Of a stretch of 64,000 nt of DNA, positions 20,679-30,914 are shown one piece after another. Location of the stretch: contig OZ242320.1 of NCBI GenBank assembly GCA_965208125.1, forward strand, positions 128,001 through 192,000, given 5' to 3'. A program made the position numbers and the translations under genes. The notes under the pieces were generated by a model that searched no databases, had not been told where the DNA came from, and saw only the letters and a program-made list of their open reading frames with translations. This DNA is from Candidatus Latescibacterota bacterium. Lineage in GTDB: Bacteria > Latescibacterota > UBA2968. Each line of letters starts with the position of its first letter. The first letter of the stretch is position 1.

Positions 20679-22751
20679 TCAATCCCCCACGCGCTCAAAA
20701 TAGAAAAACCGCCCATCGTACGTCCCTAAAAACAAGCCGTCTCCCCACACACAGGGAGGTGCTGTAATTGGTGACCCGAACGCCGCACGCCCCCGGCATT
20801 CGCCGGAAGCGGCATCCAAAGCGTACAAACACCCATCACACCCGCTGATTAGAAGACAGTCATCAAAATTGACTGGCGCAGCTAAAATGCTCCGCACGCC
20901 TCTGCGATAGGGAACCATATCCAGCAGATCGCCTCCCGTCTGAAACCCCCAAAGTAGCGCTCCGGAATTGAAATCAAAACAGAGGGCATCTCCCTCCGGT
21001 GTGGTGGCGTAGATCCGTCCATCCCGCACGAGCAGTCCGGTCGGATAACTGGACTGGAGGATCGGCTTGTCCCACACAACCTCCCCCGAAATTGTCCGTA
21101 ACGCGGTTAAATGCGACGAGTCTCCCCCACTTACCAGCAGGTTTTCGGACACAATCGGCGTTGGATATGGATACTCAACCCCTATCTGCTGTTCCCACAC
21201 CACATCCCCGCTTTGCCGGTCCAATGCCATCAGCCCCCGCCGCGGCACGAGCAGGAAAAGCAGGTCCTCATAAACCTGGGGACTTGCGTAACACGCCCAG
21301 TTATCGCTGTCTTCAACAGGTACATACCATTGTTGCTCTCCCGTCTTTAGATCAAAAGCCGCGTAACCGGCCTTCGCCCCTGCGTACAACGTCCCCTCTG
21401 CAATAACCGGAGACGTGTAAACCCAGCGGTCGGGATACCCGGGCAGATTCGCACGCCACAGCAGGCGGCCCGACGACGCCTCCAGCGCATGCACCCGCCC
21501 GGTAACTGACACAGCCGCGCAGATGCCATCATCTACAGCCACACTGTTCTTCACCGTCGCATCCGTGCGTGCATGCCACGCTAGATCCCCACTACTCACC
21601 TCAATACAACAGATCCCGTTACGTGCGGGATAACCCTCGTCCCGCAGGCTCAACAGCATCTGATCTCCCGCCTGCACGGGTGCTGCCCGGTGCAATCCCC
21701 CCGGAAGTTGTTGCTCCCAGCGCAGGCGCAGCCCCATCTCCTCAAACGCAATCTCCACCGGCGCATCCTCGGAAGGTAGCGAGACACCAGTGGGTTTGTG
21801 CGCGCAGAGTTCCACTTCCACCCCCTCTTCTCCGAACCGCGCGACGCGGTAGCCCCTCGGCGATGTATCGATCCCGCCAAAACAGAACGCCGGAGTTGCG
21901 GCCACAACCATTTCTTTGTAAGAGAACACCTTGCTGGAATGCCAGTGTCCGTGCAACACCAGGCGGACATTATACCGACTCAACGCCTCCAGAAATGAAA
22001 CCGGCGGAGGCGTGTGAACCACCACCACGACCTCCCGGTCCGCAGGCTGTAGTGCCAAATCCGCCCAGAACCACACCTCCTTTCGCTCCTGGTCTGCAAG
22101 CGAAAAAAACGACTGCTCATTGGGATAAAACGCAAAATGGCGTCCCCCCCAATCAAAGCTATAATACGAGGGACCGAGCACCGCTTCGAAATTCCGGGTA
22201 AACGTATTGTCCGCTGAGCCCCCCTCGTGGCGCTCCTCGTTTCCGTCGTGCCCGCCGAACAGCGGGAAAACCGGCGTTGAAACCGTCTCCTGTGCCTCTC
22301 GAAAACGGGACAACTCGGCAAGCTCCCCCCTATTCGTGAGATCTCCGCTCACCACAATCAGATCCGGATCGGCTTCCCGGACAAGTCGCTGTAGTGCCTC
22401 GGCGAGAACCTCTCCGGACGTCAGCATATCCCCTTCCGCCACAACGTGTGTATCGGTAATCTGCACAAGCGCAAACTGCCGCATAGCCCGCTCAGGTGCA
22501 GACTCAAGTCCAAAATCCACCCCATCTTGCGCGCCCATCCAGTTCTGTGTAGGTGAGTAGAACCCCGACGTCGCCCGAAAACCGTCGGGAACGGTCACAA
22601 ATACGAACCGGTGCGCCTCCAGTTCCACCACAAGCGCGTACCGGCCCTCCTCATCCGTCTGCACAATCTGCTCCCCATTGGAGACCAAAACACCGCCCAG
22701 ACCGCGTCCAGATAGTTCATCCATCACCCTGCCTCGAACTTCAATCGTCAT
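20679..22751 (-). CDS. Calcineurin-like metallophosphoesterase fused to a PQQ/BamB-type beta-propeller
   Basis: DTH, GDLT, GGHD, HTP, GHWH metal motifs, then repeated 'A.D..G...W' blades. Confidence 0.85.
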   Translation of the reverse strand: MTIEVRGRVMDELSGRGLGGVLVSNGEQIVQTDEEGRYALVVELEAHRFVFVTVPDGFRATSGFYSPTQNWMGAQDGVDFGLESAPERAMRQFALVQITDTHVVAEGDMLTSGEVLAEALQRLVREADPDLIVVSGDLTNRGELAELSRFREAQETVSTPVFPLFGGHDGNEERHEGGSADNTFTRNFEAVLGPSYYSFDWGGRHFAFYPNEQSFFSLADQERKEVWFWADLALQPADREVVVVVHTPPPVSFLEALSRYNVRLVLHGHWHSSKVFSYKEMVVAATPAFCFGGIDTSPRGYRVARFGEEGVEVELCAHKPTGVSLPSEDAPVEIAFEEMGLRLRWEQQLPGGLHRAAPVQAGDQMLLSLRDEGYPARNGICCIEVSSGDLAWHARTDATVKNSVAVDDGICAAVSVTGRVHALEASSGRLLWRANLPGYPDRWVYTSPVIAEGTLYAGAKAGYAAFDLKTGEQQWYVPVEDSDNWACYASPQVYEDLLFLLVPRRGLMALDRQSGDVVWEQQIGVEYPYPTPIVSENLLVSGGDSSHLTALRTISGEVVWDKPILQSSYPTGLLVRDGRIYATTPEGDALCFDFNSGALLWGFQTGGDLLDMVPYRRGVRSILAAPVNFDDCLLISGCDGCLYALDAASGECRGRAAFGSPITAPPCVWGDGLFLGTYDGRFFYFERVGD

Positions 22752-22890
22752 AGCGCACCTCTTTGTTGTCAGTTATAAGCAAAATACAATATTCACACCC
22801 TGAGGCAAAACAAACAATGATTGCCTGCCATATAAAGATTGTGCATAATAGAATCAGAATCCAATATGTAACCCCTACAAAGGAAGGAAA

Positions 22891-24480
22891 ATGAGTGAAA
22901 GACCTAATATTCTGTGGTTATCCTTAGAAGACACAAGCCCGAGGTTTGGGTGTTATGGCGATAAAGTGGCGCGCACGCCAAATCTCGACAAACTGGCATC
23001 CGAGGGATGCCGGTATCCCAATGCATTTTCAACGGCAGGCGTATGCGCGCCGAGTCGCTCGGCAATTATTACGGGCATGTATCAAACGGCAATAGGCTCG
23101 CAGCACATGCGCACGCGCCACACCAATGCACATGCGCCGCAAATGCCCACGCCCTATGACGCAGTGCCACCGCATTATGTGAAATGTTTTCCAGAATATT
23201 TGCGGATGGCCGGATATTACTGCACGAACAACACAAAAACCGACTATCAATTTACCCCGCCAATTACGGCATGGGATGAATTGAGCGCACAAGCCCACTG
23301 GCGCAACCGCCCCGATGGCGCGCCCTTTTTTGCGGTATTTAATCGCACCGTAACGCACGAAAGCGGCATGTGGCCCGAGAAACGCCCAGAAGTAGAAACC
23401 GATCCAGATTCGGTCACACTACCGCCTTATATCCCCAACACACCCAAAGCGCGGCTGGCATTGGCGCGGCATTACGACAACATCGCCGACAACGATGCGT
23501 GGGTTGGTGAAATGTTGCAACAATTGGAAGACGATGGACTGGCAGACAACACAGTTGTATTCATCTGGAGCGACCACGGCGAAGGTCTCCCCCGGGCCAA
23601 GCGCTGGCCCTATGATGCGGGCATTCGCATACCCTGCATCGTGCGTTGGCCGGGCGAATTGGAACCCGGCAGCGTCAATGATCGATTGGTCAGCATGATC
23701 GACCTTGGCCCGACCGTATTATCACTCGCCGGTGTACAAATCCCAGCCCATATCCAAGGCCAACCCTTTGTTGGACCACAGGAAAAAGACCGGGATTACA
23801 TATTTGCAACGCGGGATCGATACGATGAATCTTATGACATGATGCGCGCCGTGCGGGATACGCGATTCAAATACATTCGAAACTACATGACAGAAAACCC
23901 GTATTTATTGTGGATCCCCTATCGCAATCGCCACCCGGCATTGCAGGAAATGTGGCGGCTCCATCTCGCAGGTGAGTTAGAAGGCGTGCAAAATGTGATG
24001 TTTCAAAAACGCCCCGTAGAAGAATTATACGACACGGAAAACGATCCATTTGAAGTCAATAATCTCGCTGACGATTCCGCACACGCCGAAACATTGAACC
24101 GCTTGCGCGGGGCACTGGACGACTGGCGCGAAAAATACGATGTATGGGGCGATGTGCCCGAAGATCAGATGGTATTTCGCATGTGGCAGGGCACAGAGCA
24201 ACCGCAAACCGAATTGCCGGTTTTTGTGCCGATATGCGAAGAAAGCCCTGGGCGAGAAGCCGCGCCCGAAGGCGGAACCTTCAAGGGACCGATAATCGTA
24301 CAATTTTACTGTGGCACACAGGGCGCGTCAATGGCGTATCAACTCGCAGGCGATGAACACTGGCGATTGTACACCGATCCCATTCCTCTGCCAAAAGGCG
24401 AGACCACAATTCGCGCCAAAGCCATTCGAATAGGATACAAAGAGAGTGAGGAAGTGGAAGCGACTTTTGTAGTAACCTGA
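22891..24480 (+). CDS. Sulfatase with C-terminal chitobiase/Fn3-associated domain, no signal peptide
   Basis: PNIL, CAPSR, KTDY, SDHG; C-terminal 'WRLYTDPI...IRAKAIRIGYKES'. Confidence 0.9.
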   Translation: MSERPNILWLSLEDTSPRFGCYGDKVARTPNLDKLASEGCRYPNAFSTAGVCAPSRSAIITGMYQTAIGSQHMRTRHTNAHAPQMPTPYDAVPPHYVKCFPEYLRMAGYYCTNNTKTDYQFTPPITAWDELSAQAHWRNRPDGAPFFAVFNRTVTHESGMWPEKRPEVETDPDSVTLPPYIPNTPKARLALARHYDNIADNDAWVGEMLQQLEDDGLADNTVVFIWSDHGEGLPRAKRWPYDAGIRIPCIVRWPGELEPGSVNDRLVSMIDLGPTVLSLAGVQIPAHIQGQPFVGPQEKDRDYIFATRDRYDESYDMMRAVRDTRFKYIRNYMTENPYLLWIPYRNRHPALQEMWRLHLAGELEGVQNVMFQKRPVEELYDTENDPFEVNNLADDSAHAETLNRLRGALDDWREKYDVWGDVPEDQMVFRMWQGTEQPQTELPVFVPICEESPGREAAPEGGTFKGPIIVQFYCGTQGASMAYQLAGDEHWRLYTDPIPLPKGETTIRAKAIRIGYKESEEVEATFVVT

Positions 24481-24534
24481 CCGCGAAAGGAAGGGCTTAG
24501 TGGCAGAAGAAAAACATGATACAGGAGGTACATA

Positions 24535-25272
24535 GTGCGCAGGATGCAAATATTGACTAACAGCATTTCAGCACATGCTTTACTGCTCTTATTGGTCGGT
24601 GTGGCGGTGATCTCTACATCGCATGCACAAGACCTCATGGAGCGATTGCGAGAACGTATGGTAAGGACACAGATTGAAAACCGAGGAATTAAAGCCCCCG
24701 CTGTCCTGGAAGCGATGCGAAAAGTGGAACGCCACCGATTTGTACCCGAATCTTATGCTTCACGGGCATACGGTGATTATCCATTGCCCATCGGCGAGGG
24801 GCAGACCATTTCTCAACCATATATTGTCGCACTTATGACCGAAGTGCTGAATTTGAAGAAGTCGGATAAAGTGCTGGAAATCGGAACGGGATCGGGGTAT
24901 CAGGCGGCGATTCTGGGCGAGTTGTGTGACAGCATCTACACCATAGAGATTGTAGAAGTTCTGGGCAAGCGCGCAGCAAACTTGCTCAACACATTGGGAT
25001 ATGAGAACATCGAAGTGAAAGTTGGCGATGGGTACAAAGGATGGCCAGAACACGCGCCTTTTGATGCGATTATCGTGACGTGTTCACCAACGCAAATTCC
25101 CCAACCCCTTCAAGATCAACTCGCCGAAGGTGGGCGCATGGTCATCCCGGTTGGAAGACGCGATGCACAAGAACTCGTACTATTGACCAAGCAGGAAGGC
25201 AAATTGCAACAGCAACACATTATACCTGTCAGATTCGTGCCAATGGTGGATTCCACCGGAGCGACGTATTAG
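24535..25272 (+). CDS. pcm: Protein-L-isoaspartate O-methyltransferase
   Basis: QTISQP, LEIGTGSGY, APFDAI, VRFVPM; N-terminal hydrophobic leader. Confidence 0.92.
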   Translation: MRRMQILTNSISAHALLLLLVGVAVISTSHAQDLMERLRERMVRTQIENRGIKAPAVLEAMRKVERHRFVPESYASRAYGDYPLPIGEGQTISQPYIVALMTEVLNLKKSDKVLEIGTGSGYQAAILGELCDSIYTIEIVEVLGKRAANLLNTLGYENIEVKVGDGYKGWPEHAPFDAIIVTCSPTQIPQPLQDQLAEGGRMVIPVGRRDAQELVLLTKQEGKLQQQHIIPVRFVPMVDSTGATY

Positions 25273-25336
25273 ACGAATAGACGAATAGACGAACCCTGCC
25301 CCGCCACCAAATTGCTTTCGTTGATTCGTTGATTCG
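25270..25336. repeat. Octamer tandem/inverted repeat array
   Basis: (TAGACGAA)x3 starting at the pcm stop; TTCGTTGA TTCGTTGA TTCG inverted arm. Confidence 0.85.
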
Positions 25337-25342
25337 CGTTTT

Positions 25343-26188
25343 TTATCTGTCAATCCACTTATACGTAGCCTTTGAATTCTTCCAGAAGAACTTCTCCATC
25401 GCCTCCGGTCCCTTTTGCTCAATATAATGGGTGACAATATTGAGCACAGTCTCGTAGGGTGCTGCGCGTTCACACACGAGCCAATTGCTGCCATAGACCA
25501 GGCGGTCTTCACCAAAAGCATGCCATAACACATCGAGCGTAGGCACATAATAAGCCGGATCATCGGGGGCGGGTTGTTGGGCTGCGCGTTCAACCATACC
25601 AGATACCTTGCAATATACATTTGGGTATTTTGCTATGATTTGAATCCCCTGAACCCACTCGGGATCGGGTGCTTCACCCGTTACCTCAACATGCGCCACA
25701 TGGTCGATAACCATGCGCAGACTGGGGATTTGCTCGGCAATAACAGCATTGATGGGCAACTGTTTGCCATTGGTCATCAAATCGAGTTGCAAATCGCGGT
25801 CAGCCAATTTTTGGAGTTGTGGCATAAGAGCGTCTTGATCTTCCAAACTACCCCGCTGAAGCCCCAGACGAATCCCGCGATAGAGTGGATTGGCTGAAAA
25901 GCGGTCGAGATTCTTCTCAAAATCTTCCGTTTTGGGATCCAGGCTACCCACAAACCCGACAATACAGAGATTATCTACTGCGAGATCCAGAATCCACTGA
26001 TTGTCTTCAACCAGCTTGCTGGCCTCAACCACAACCGTCCCGGTCACACCCATCTTTTCAGTGCGTTCAACAAAGTGCTGCGGCAAAATGGGGCGATAGA
26101 GCAACTCATTATCTTCGGGCGGCCAGGGAACGCCGCCGGGTCGGGTCGTATCGTAAAAATGAACATGCGTATCAATGATCATGGACAT
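25343..26188 (-). CDS. Amidohydrolase_2 family protein (L-fuconolactonase-like)
   Basis: IIDTHVH, IDH, CKVSG, FGEDRLVYGSNW. Confidence 0.85.
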   Translation of the reverse strand: MSMIIDTHVHFYDTTRPGGVPWPPEDNELLYRPILPQHFVERTEKMGVTGTVVVEASKLVEDNQWILDLAVDNLCIVGFVGSLDPKTEDFEKNLDRFSANPLYRGIRLGLQRGSLEDQDALMPQLQKLADRDLQLDLMTNGKQLPINAVIAEQIPSLRMVIDHVAHVEVTGEAPDPEWVQGIQIIAKYPNVYCKVSGMVERAAQQPAPDDPAYYVPTLDVLWHAFGEDRLVYGSNWLVCERAAPYETVLNIVTHYIEQKGPEAMEKFFWKNSKATYKWIDR

Positions 26189-26205
26189 ATCCTTTCCGAT
26201 CAAGA

Positions 26206-27078
26206 TTATTTAATACCCGCCATTTTTCTCAGCACTTCGACAATAGCGGAATTATCCTGCTCTGCAAGGCCGAGCGCAACGCCCGTGCGCAAAAGTTGGG
26301 CGTGAAGCCCTGTTACGGGCAACGGCGTTTCCGTGCGTGCGCCGAGGTCGAGGATGAGTTCCACATCTTTTAAATGCTGGTCCAGTGCGGCCTGAGTGGT
26401 AAAATCTCCGGTGATCATCTTTTCGCCTTTAATATCCATCACACGAGAATACGCGCCACCCATCTTAAAAACATCGAGCAAAACATCGATATCTACCCCT
26501 GTTTTTTGTGCGAGAACAAGCCCCTCGGCCAATACGAGACGGTTGAGACCGAGCACGAGATTGACAATGAGTTTGGCTTCTGCACCCTTGCCCGCAGGAC
26601 CCATGTGAAAGGTCATAAGCGAAAAGGCTTCAAAAATATCCGTACACAGTTCAAAAACGGGTAAAGTGCCACCGACCATCACGAGAACATCTGCTTCGCG
26701 CACTTGCTTGCTGGATCCGAGAATAGTAGCATCGAGAAAGCGGATACTTCTGCTTTCAAGGCGTTTGGCAAGCGCAGTTGACATCTGCGGATCGGCTGTG
26801 GTCGTATCCACAATAATTGCGCCGGGAGATGCCGCAGACAAAATGCCCCTCGCACCTGTAACCACATCGTTGACAACATAAGAGTCGGGAAGCGAAAGAA
26901 CGATGCGACGCGCTTTATCGGCGACATCGGCAGGAGATTTGCAGGGCGTAAAACCGTCGCCTTCATGTGCTTTTATTCTTTCGGGATCAATATCATACCC
27001 TGCAATTTCTAAACCTTTGTCGCGAAAACGTTCCACAAGTGCGGACCCGACGAGTCCAAGTCCGATAAGACCGAGCAT
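26206..27078 (-). CDS. NAD(P)-dependent beta-hydroxyacid dehydrogenase family protein
   Basis: GLIGLGLVG, FLDATILGS, 'KLIVN', KD motif. Confidence 0.88.
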   Translation of the reverse strand: MLGLIGLGLVGSALVERFRDKGLEIAGYDIDPERIKAHEGDGFTPCKSPADVADKARRIVLSLPDSYVVNDVVTGARGILSAASPGAIIVDTTTADPQMSTALAKRLESRSIRFLDATILGSSKQVREADVLVMVGGTLPVFELCTDIFEAFSLMTFHMGPAGKGAEAKLIVNLVLGLNRLVLAEGLVLAQKTGVDIDVLLDVFKMGGAYSRVMDIKGEKMITGDFTTQAALDQHLKDVELILDLGARTETPLPVTGLHAQLLRTGVALGLAEQDNSAIVEVLRKMAGIK

Positions 27079-27288
27079 AGGACCTCCTGTAAAAAAATAA
27101 AATATAATGAGCCGTATCGCGTACGGCTTAAGAATAGGTCAAATCTTAAAACAGACAGAACCAGTTCTTCAAAAATACTGTACAATCGGATTCTTGCCAA
27201 ATGAGAAAATAGTGTTGAATCCCTGCGGGCATTGTTTATCTTAAGACCATAACAATATGCCCGAAAACACTCACAACAGGAGCTATAA

Positions 27289-28041
27289 ATGAGTCTGGAA
27301 CCCATTCAAACACCGGATATAGAACGCCCACCAAAAGCATTGATCGACGCGTTATCACATATTGGCAGCGCCACAGCCAGTGGAGAATTATTCAAGCTGG
27401 GCATTCGCAATGCCCAAATTTTAGGTCCCCTTCCCCGAACACCGGGCAAATCAATTTGTGGCCCGGCACTAACGCTACAATTTGTGCCCAAACGAGAAGA
27501 TCTGCATTCATCGGGAGAATACCAGGGGCCAGAAAGACAATTGCATCGTCATGTGCTATATCACACACAACCGGGCGATGTGGTCGTAGTCGATGCTCGA
27601 GGCGACATGAACAGTGGTGTTTTTGGTGAGATGATGCTAACCTATTTTTCCGGTCAGGGGGGACAGGGTGCGATTGTCGATGGCTGTATTCGCGATTTTC
27701 CCCACGCCAGGGAATTAAACCTCGGCTTATGGCTTAAAGGAACAACGCCCAATTTTCACGCGCAAACCAATATTTTCCCCCACGCCGTGAATGTCCCCAT
27801 AGCGTGTGGTGACACACTTGTAATGCCCGGCGATATTATTATTGCTGACGACGACGGCGCCGTGGTAGTGCCAATTAAACTCGCGCCTGAATTGGCAGAA
27901 AAAGCGACCGAACACGCCGAATGGGAAGTCTTCAGCCGAATGAAACTCGCCGAAGGCGGCGACCTGCGGAAATATTATCCACTCACAGATGAAGCGCGTG
28001 TTGAATATGAAGCGTGGCAAAAGGAACAGGGTGAGACGTAA
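27289..28041 (+). CDS. RraA / HMG-aldolase family protein
   Basis: GPALT, FGEMM, DGCIRD, PGDIIIADDDG. Confidence 0.88.
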   Translation: MSLEPIQTPDIERPPKALIDALSHIGSATASGELFKLGIRNAQILGPLPRTPGKSICGPALTLQFVPKREDLHSSGEYQGPERQLHRHVLYHTQPGDVVVVDARGDMNSGVFGEMMLTYFSGQGGQGAIVDGCIRDFPHARELNLGLWLKGTTPNFHAQTNIFPHAVNVPIACGDTLVMPGDIIIADDDGAVVVPIKLAPELAEKATEHAEWEVFSRMKLAEGGDLRKYYPLTDEARVEYEAWQKEQGET

Positions 28042-28075
28042 GACGAACGGTCAGACAGTGTGAGGCTTTACGTCT
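28032..28075. repeat. Short TAAGACG-type array bridging convergent stop codons
   Basis: TGAGACG TAAGACG ... TTACGTCT; same unit as 12436. Confidence 0.55.
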
Positions 28076-29006
28076 GCGCGTGTCTGGCCGCGCCTAAAAT
28101 CCCCGCGTCATCGCCCAGTTCAGCAGGGACAATCTGCACGTGTTCTTTTACCCCAACAGTACCGCGATCCCAAAAAGTTCGCATCGCCGATTCAAAAATC
28201 CAATCGCCCGCCTGCGCCAATCCACCCGTTAGCGCAACGCGATCCACATTTAATACATTCACCAGACTCACCAGCCCCACGCCGAGGAAAAATCCCGTCT
28301 CCTCAAACATCTGCATCGCAAAATCATCACCCGCCTCGGCCGCTTGAAAAATAACCTGTGTGGTCAAACCCTCTGCTTTCAGCGACGTCTCCGGCTTTTC
28401 CCCTTCAAGTCTTTCCAGCGTGCGGCGCACCATGGCCGTAGCCGATGCATACATCTCCAAACATCCAAAATTGCCACACGGACAGCGCGGCCCATTGTGA
28501 TCAACTGTAATATGCCCCACCTCGGCCGCATTGCCATTAAACCCGTGCATAACCTTCCCCTCGCTGATCCATCCACCGCCAACCCCTGTACCCAGGGTCA
28601 CGCATAAAAAGTGATCAACACCTCGACCAGCCCCCAGCCATTGCTCGCCATAAGCCGCCAAATTTGCATCATTATCCACCACCACGTCCAGACCGAGCAA
28701 TGCCTCCAGGCGATCCTTTAATCGCACACCGTGCATACACTGCAAATTCTCGGGCGATATAATCACACCTTCAAATGGATCTAATGGACCGGGCGCACCA
28801 ACTCCTACACCCTGTACTTCTGCCAGTGAAATCCCGCCATCCTGCGCAGCCGCACGCGCACATTCGGCAATGCCATTTATCACACCTTCGGCACCCAGGT
28901 GCAATCGCGTCGGTCCCCGCGCCCTACCTACAATCTCCCCAGACTTTGTCACAAGCCCCGCACGCGTATTGGTGCCCCCTAAATCTATGCCAATCGTCAA
29001 ACTCAT
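28068..29006 (-). CDS. ROK family sugar kinase (glucokinase-like)
   Basis: GIDLGGT, NDAN, LGTGVGG, EVGH, CPCGNFGCLE. Confidence 0.92.
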   Translation of the reverse strand: MSLTIGIDLGGTNTRAGLVTKSGEIVGRARGPTRLHLGAEGVINGIAECARAAAQDGGISLAEVQGVGVGAPGPLDPFEGVIISPENLQCMHGVRLKDRLEALLGLDVVVDNDANLAAYGEQWLGAGRGVDHFLCVTLGTGVGGGWISEGKVMHGFNGNAAEVGHITVDHNGPRCPCGNFGCLEMYASATAMVRRTLERLEGEKPETSLKAEGLTTQVIFQAAEAGDDFAMQMFEETGFFLGVGLVSLVNVLNVDRVALTGGLAQAGDWIFESAMRTFWDRGTVGVKEHVQIVPAELGDDAGILGAARHAQT

Positions 29007-29644
29007 TTTTCCGCTCGCGCCTGCGCCACGGCATCTACAAACGATCTTGCCGTTGCCGTCAAAGATGCCCAGTCTTTATTATCCACAGCCGCCTTATCGA
29101 CCATCGCACTGCCAGCCCCCACAGCCACCGCGCCATTTTTGATAAACTCGGGTGTTGTATTGGCATCCACCCCACCCGTGGGCATGAGCTTCACCTGTGG
29201 CAAAGGACCCAGAATATCCTTAAAATAAGATGGTCCCCCCATACCGGCGGGAAACACCTTGACCACATCGGCTCCTGCTTGCCACGCCGTCAAAATTTCT
29301 GTAGGCGTAAACCCGGCGGGCATCACGGCCTTGCCATACCGCTTGCTCATCTCGATCACCGCCGTATTCAAAATGGGACTCACCACATATTCTGCGCCGG
29401 ATAGAATTGCTGCCCGCGCCGTCTCTGGATCGAGCACAGACCCCACCCCAATAATCGTATCTTCCATCTTTACCGACGCTTCTTCAATCACCTTCAGTGC
29501 CCCCGGCACCGTCATCGTCACCTCAATCGCCACCACACCGCCTTCGCGCAACGCTTTTGACACATCCATCAACTGCGACGGATTATCTGCCCGCAACACG
29601 GCAACCACACCGCAGTCAATAATGCGATCTACAGTACTGGACAT
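29003..29644 (-). CDS. eda: KDPG/KHG aldolase
   Basis: VAVLR, IEVT, GVGSV, TPTE, VKVFPA, MPTGGV. Confidence 0.9.
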   Translation of the reverse strand: MSSTVDRIIDCGVVAVLRADNPSQLMDVSKALREGGVVAIEVTMTVPGALKVIEEASVKMEDTIIGVGSVLDPETARAAILSGAEYVVSPILNTAVIEMSKRYGKAVMPAGFTPTEILTAWQAGADVVKVFPAGMGGPSYFKDILGPLPQVKLMPTGGVDANTTPEFIKNGAVAVGAGSAMVDKAAVDNKDWASLTATARSFVDAVAQARAEK

Positions 29645-29666
29645 TTTTCCTCCCCGAAAAATTAAA

Positions 29667-29689
29667 CCTCTCTCCAAAATAGAGAGAGG
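29667..29689 (-). terminator. Possible weak terminator hairpin between kdgK and eda
   Basis: CCTCTCTC-7-GAGAGAGG followed by TTTAATTTT on the minus strand. Confidence 0.4.
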
Positions 29690-29720
29690 CGTTATGTTAT
29701 TAGCGCATTCATCTCAGACT

Positions 29721-30764
29721 CTATCGTCTAATCCGCGCGCTCTCACCCTTCATTGCACTCTCGGCTTCTGATCGCGTAGCCCAGTTCACATCCCCCGGGA
29801 ACGTATGTGCCAGCGCCGAATAAGCCCCTGCGAAATCCACGATATCCTGCGCGGGATTGCCCTCGAGCACCCCAGCAATAATACCCGCTGAAAAATTATC
29901 GCCACCCCCCACGCGATCCACCATCTCCAAATCTTCGTAAATACGCGACAAATAAAACTCACTGCCATCGTAAAGCAGTGTGCGCCAGTCATTTAGCAAC
30001 CCTGTCTTCGCAACGCGCAGGGTTGTACCCACAAGCGCCACATTGGGATATTGCGATATGGCCTTCCGCGCGACATCTTTATAGCTCTCCGGATCGAGCG
30101 CATCGTAATCGCCCGATGTGCCTTCGGCTTTAAGCCCCATCGTCTTTTCAAAATCCTCTTCATTGCCGATGAGCACCTGCACGTGCGGAATACACTTTGC
30201 AATCGTCTCCTGTGCCTGTTCTGCACTCCACAATTTAGATCTGAAATTGAGATCAAAACTCGTTGTCACATCTGCATCGCGGGCTGCTATCAGCGCTTCT
30301 ACTGTAGCCTCTGCCGCGCCTTCCGACAACGCGGGCGTAATCCCACTGACGTGAAACCACTTGCTCCCTTCAAAAATAGATGCCCAATCCACCATTCCGG
30401 GTTTGATATTCATAATCGCGGTATGGCCCCTATCATACGTCACAGCACTCGCACGCGGGCCCACACCTACTTCCATATGATAAAATCCATTGCGCTCAAG
30501 CCCTACACCATCAAAATCCGTCCACAAAATATTGGACATATCCACCCCGTGCTCGCGCCCCTTGTTGCGAATAATCCAACCCGTCCAATTATCGACCAAC
30601 CGGGATACCCACGCTGCCTTCAATCCCAAATGCGCGCACCCAACCGCGACATTGTATTCTCCTCCACCGATCTCGACATCGAGTTTACTCGCATTCTCCA
30701 ATCGGCGGTATTCTGGCGAAGACAGTCGAATCATCGCCTCGCCAAAAGTAACGACATCGTACAT
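29721..30764 (-). CDS. kdgK: 2-keto-3-deoxygluconate kinase (PfkB family)
   Basis: VVTFGEAMIRL, SGITPALS, DLNFRSKLW, DRVGGGD; upstream of eda. Confidence 0.85.
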   Translation of the reverse strand: MYDVVTFGEAMIRLSSPEYRRLENASKLDVEIGGGEYNVAVGCAHLGLKAAWVSRLVDNWTGWIIRNKGREHGVDMSNILWTDFDGVGLERNGFYHMEVGVGPRASAVTYDRGHTAIMNIKPGMVDWASIFEGSKWFHVSGITPALSEGAAEATVEALIAARDADVTTSFDLNFRSKLWSAEQAQETIAKCIPHVQVLIGNEEDFEKTMGLKAEGTSGDYDALDPESYKDVARKAISQYPNVALVGTTLRVAKTGLLNDWRTLLYDGSEFYLSRIYEDLEMVDRVGGGDNFSAGIIAGVLEGNPAQDIVDFAGAYSALAHTFPGDVNWATRSEAESAMKGESARIRR

Positions 30765-30784
30765 ATAGTCCTCCCAAAAAAAGC

Positions 30785-30914
30785 AAGTGAGAAGGTAGAA
30801 GGAAGAAGTGAGAAATCCCATCCCAACTGCCCAAAGGCTGGTGCATCTTCCTACTTCACAGTGAACTGGTCTGGGAAACGACCAGTTGTACATCGTTCCC
30901 TACTTCACACTTCT
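30785..30914. repeat. Heptamer (AAGNNAG)n / (CTTCNNA)n inverted array with nested hairpin
   Basis: AAGTGAG AAGGTAG AAGGAAG AAGTGAG; CTTCCTA CTTCACA and a near copy at 30896-30914; AACTGGTC/GACCAGTT at 30864-30887. Confidence 0.75.

Noticed and set aside
27109-27129. GAGCCGTATCGCGTACGGCTT resembles the base of group II intron domain V
   Set aside because: It lacks the upper stem, GNRA loop, domain VI and any RT ORF; more likely a short palindrome or operator in a divergent promoter region.
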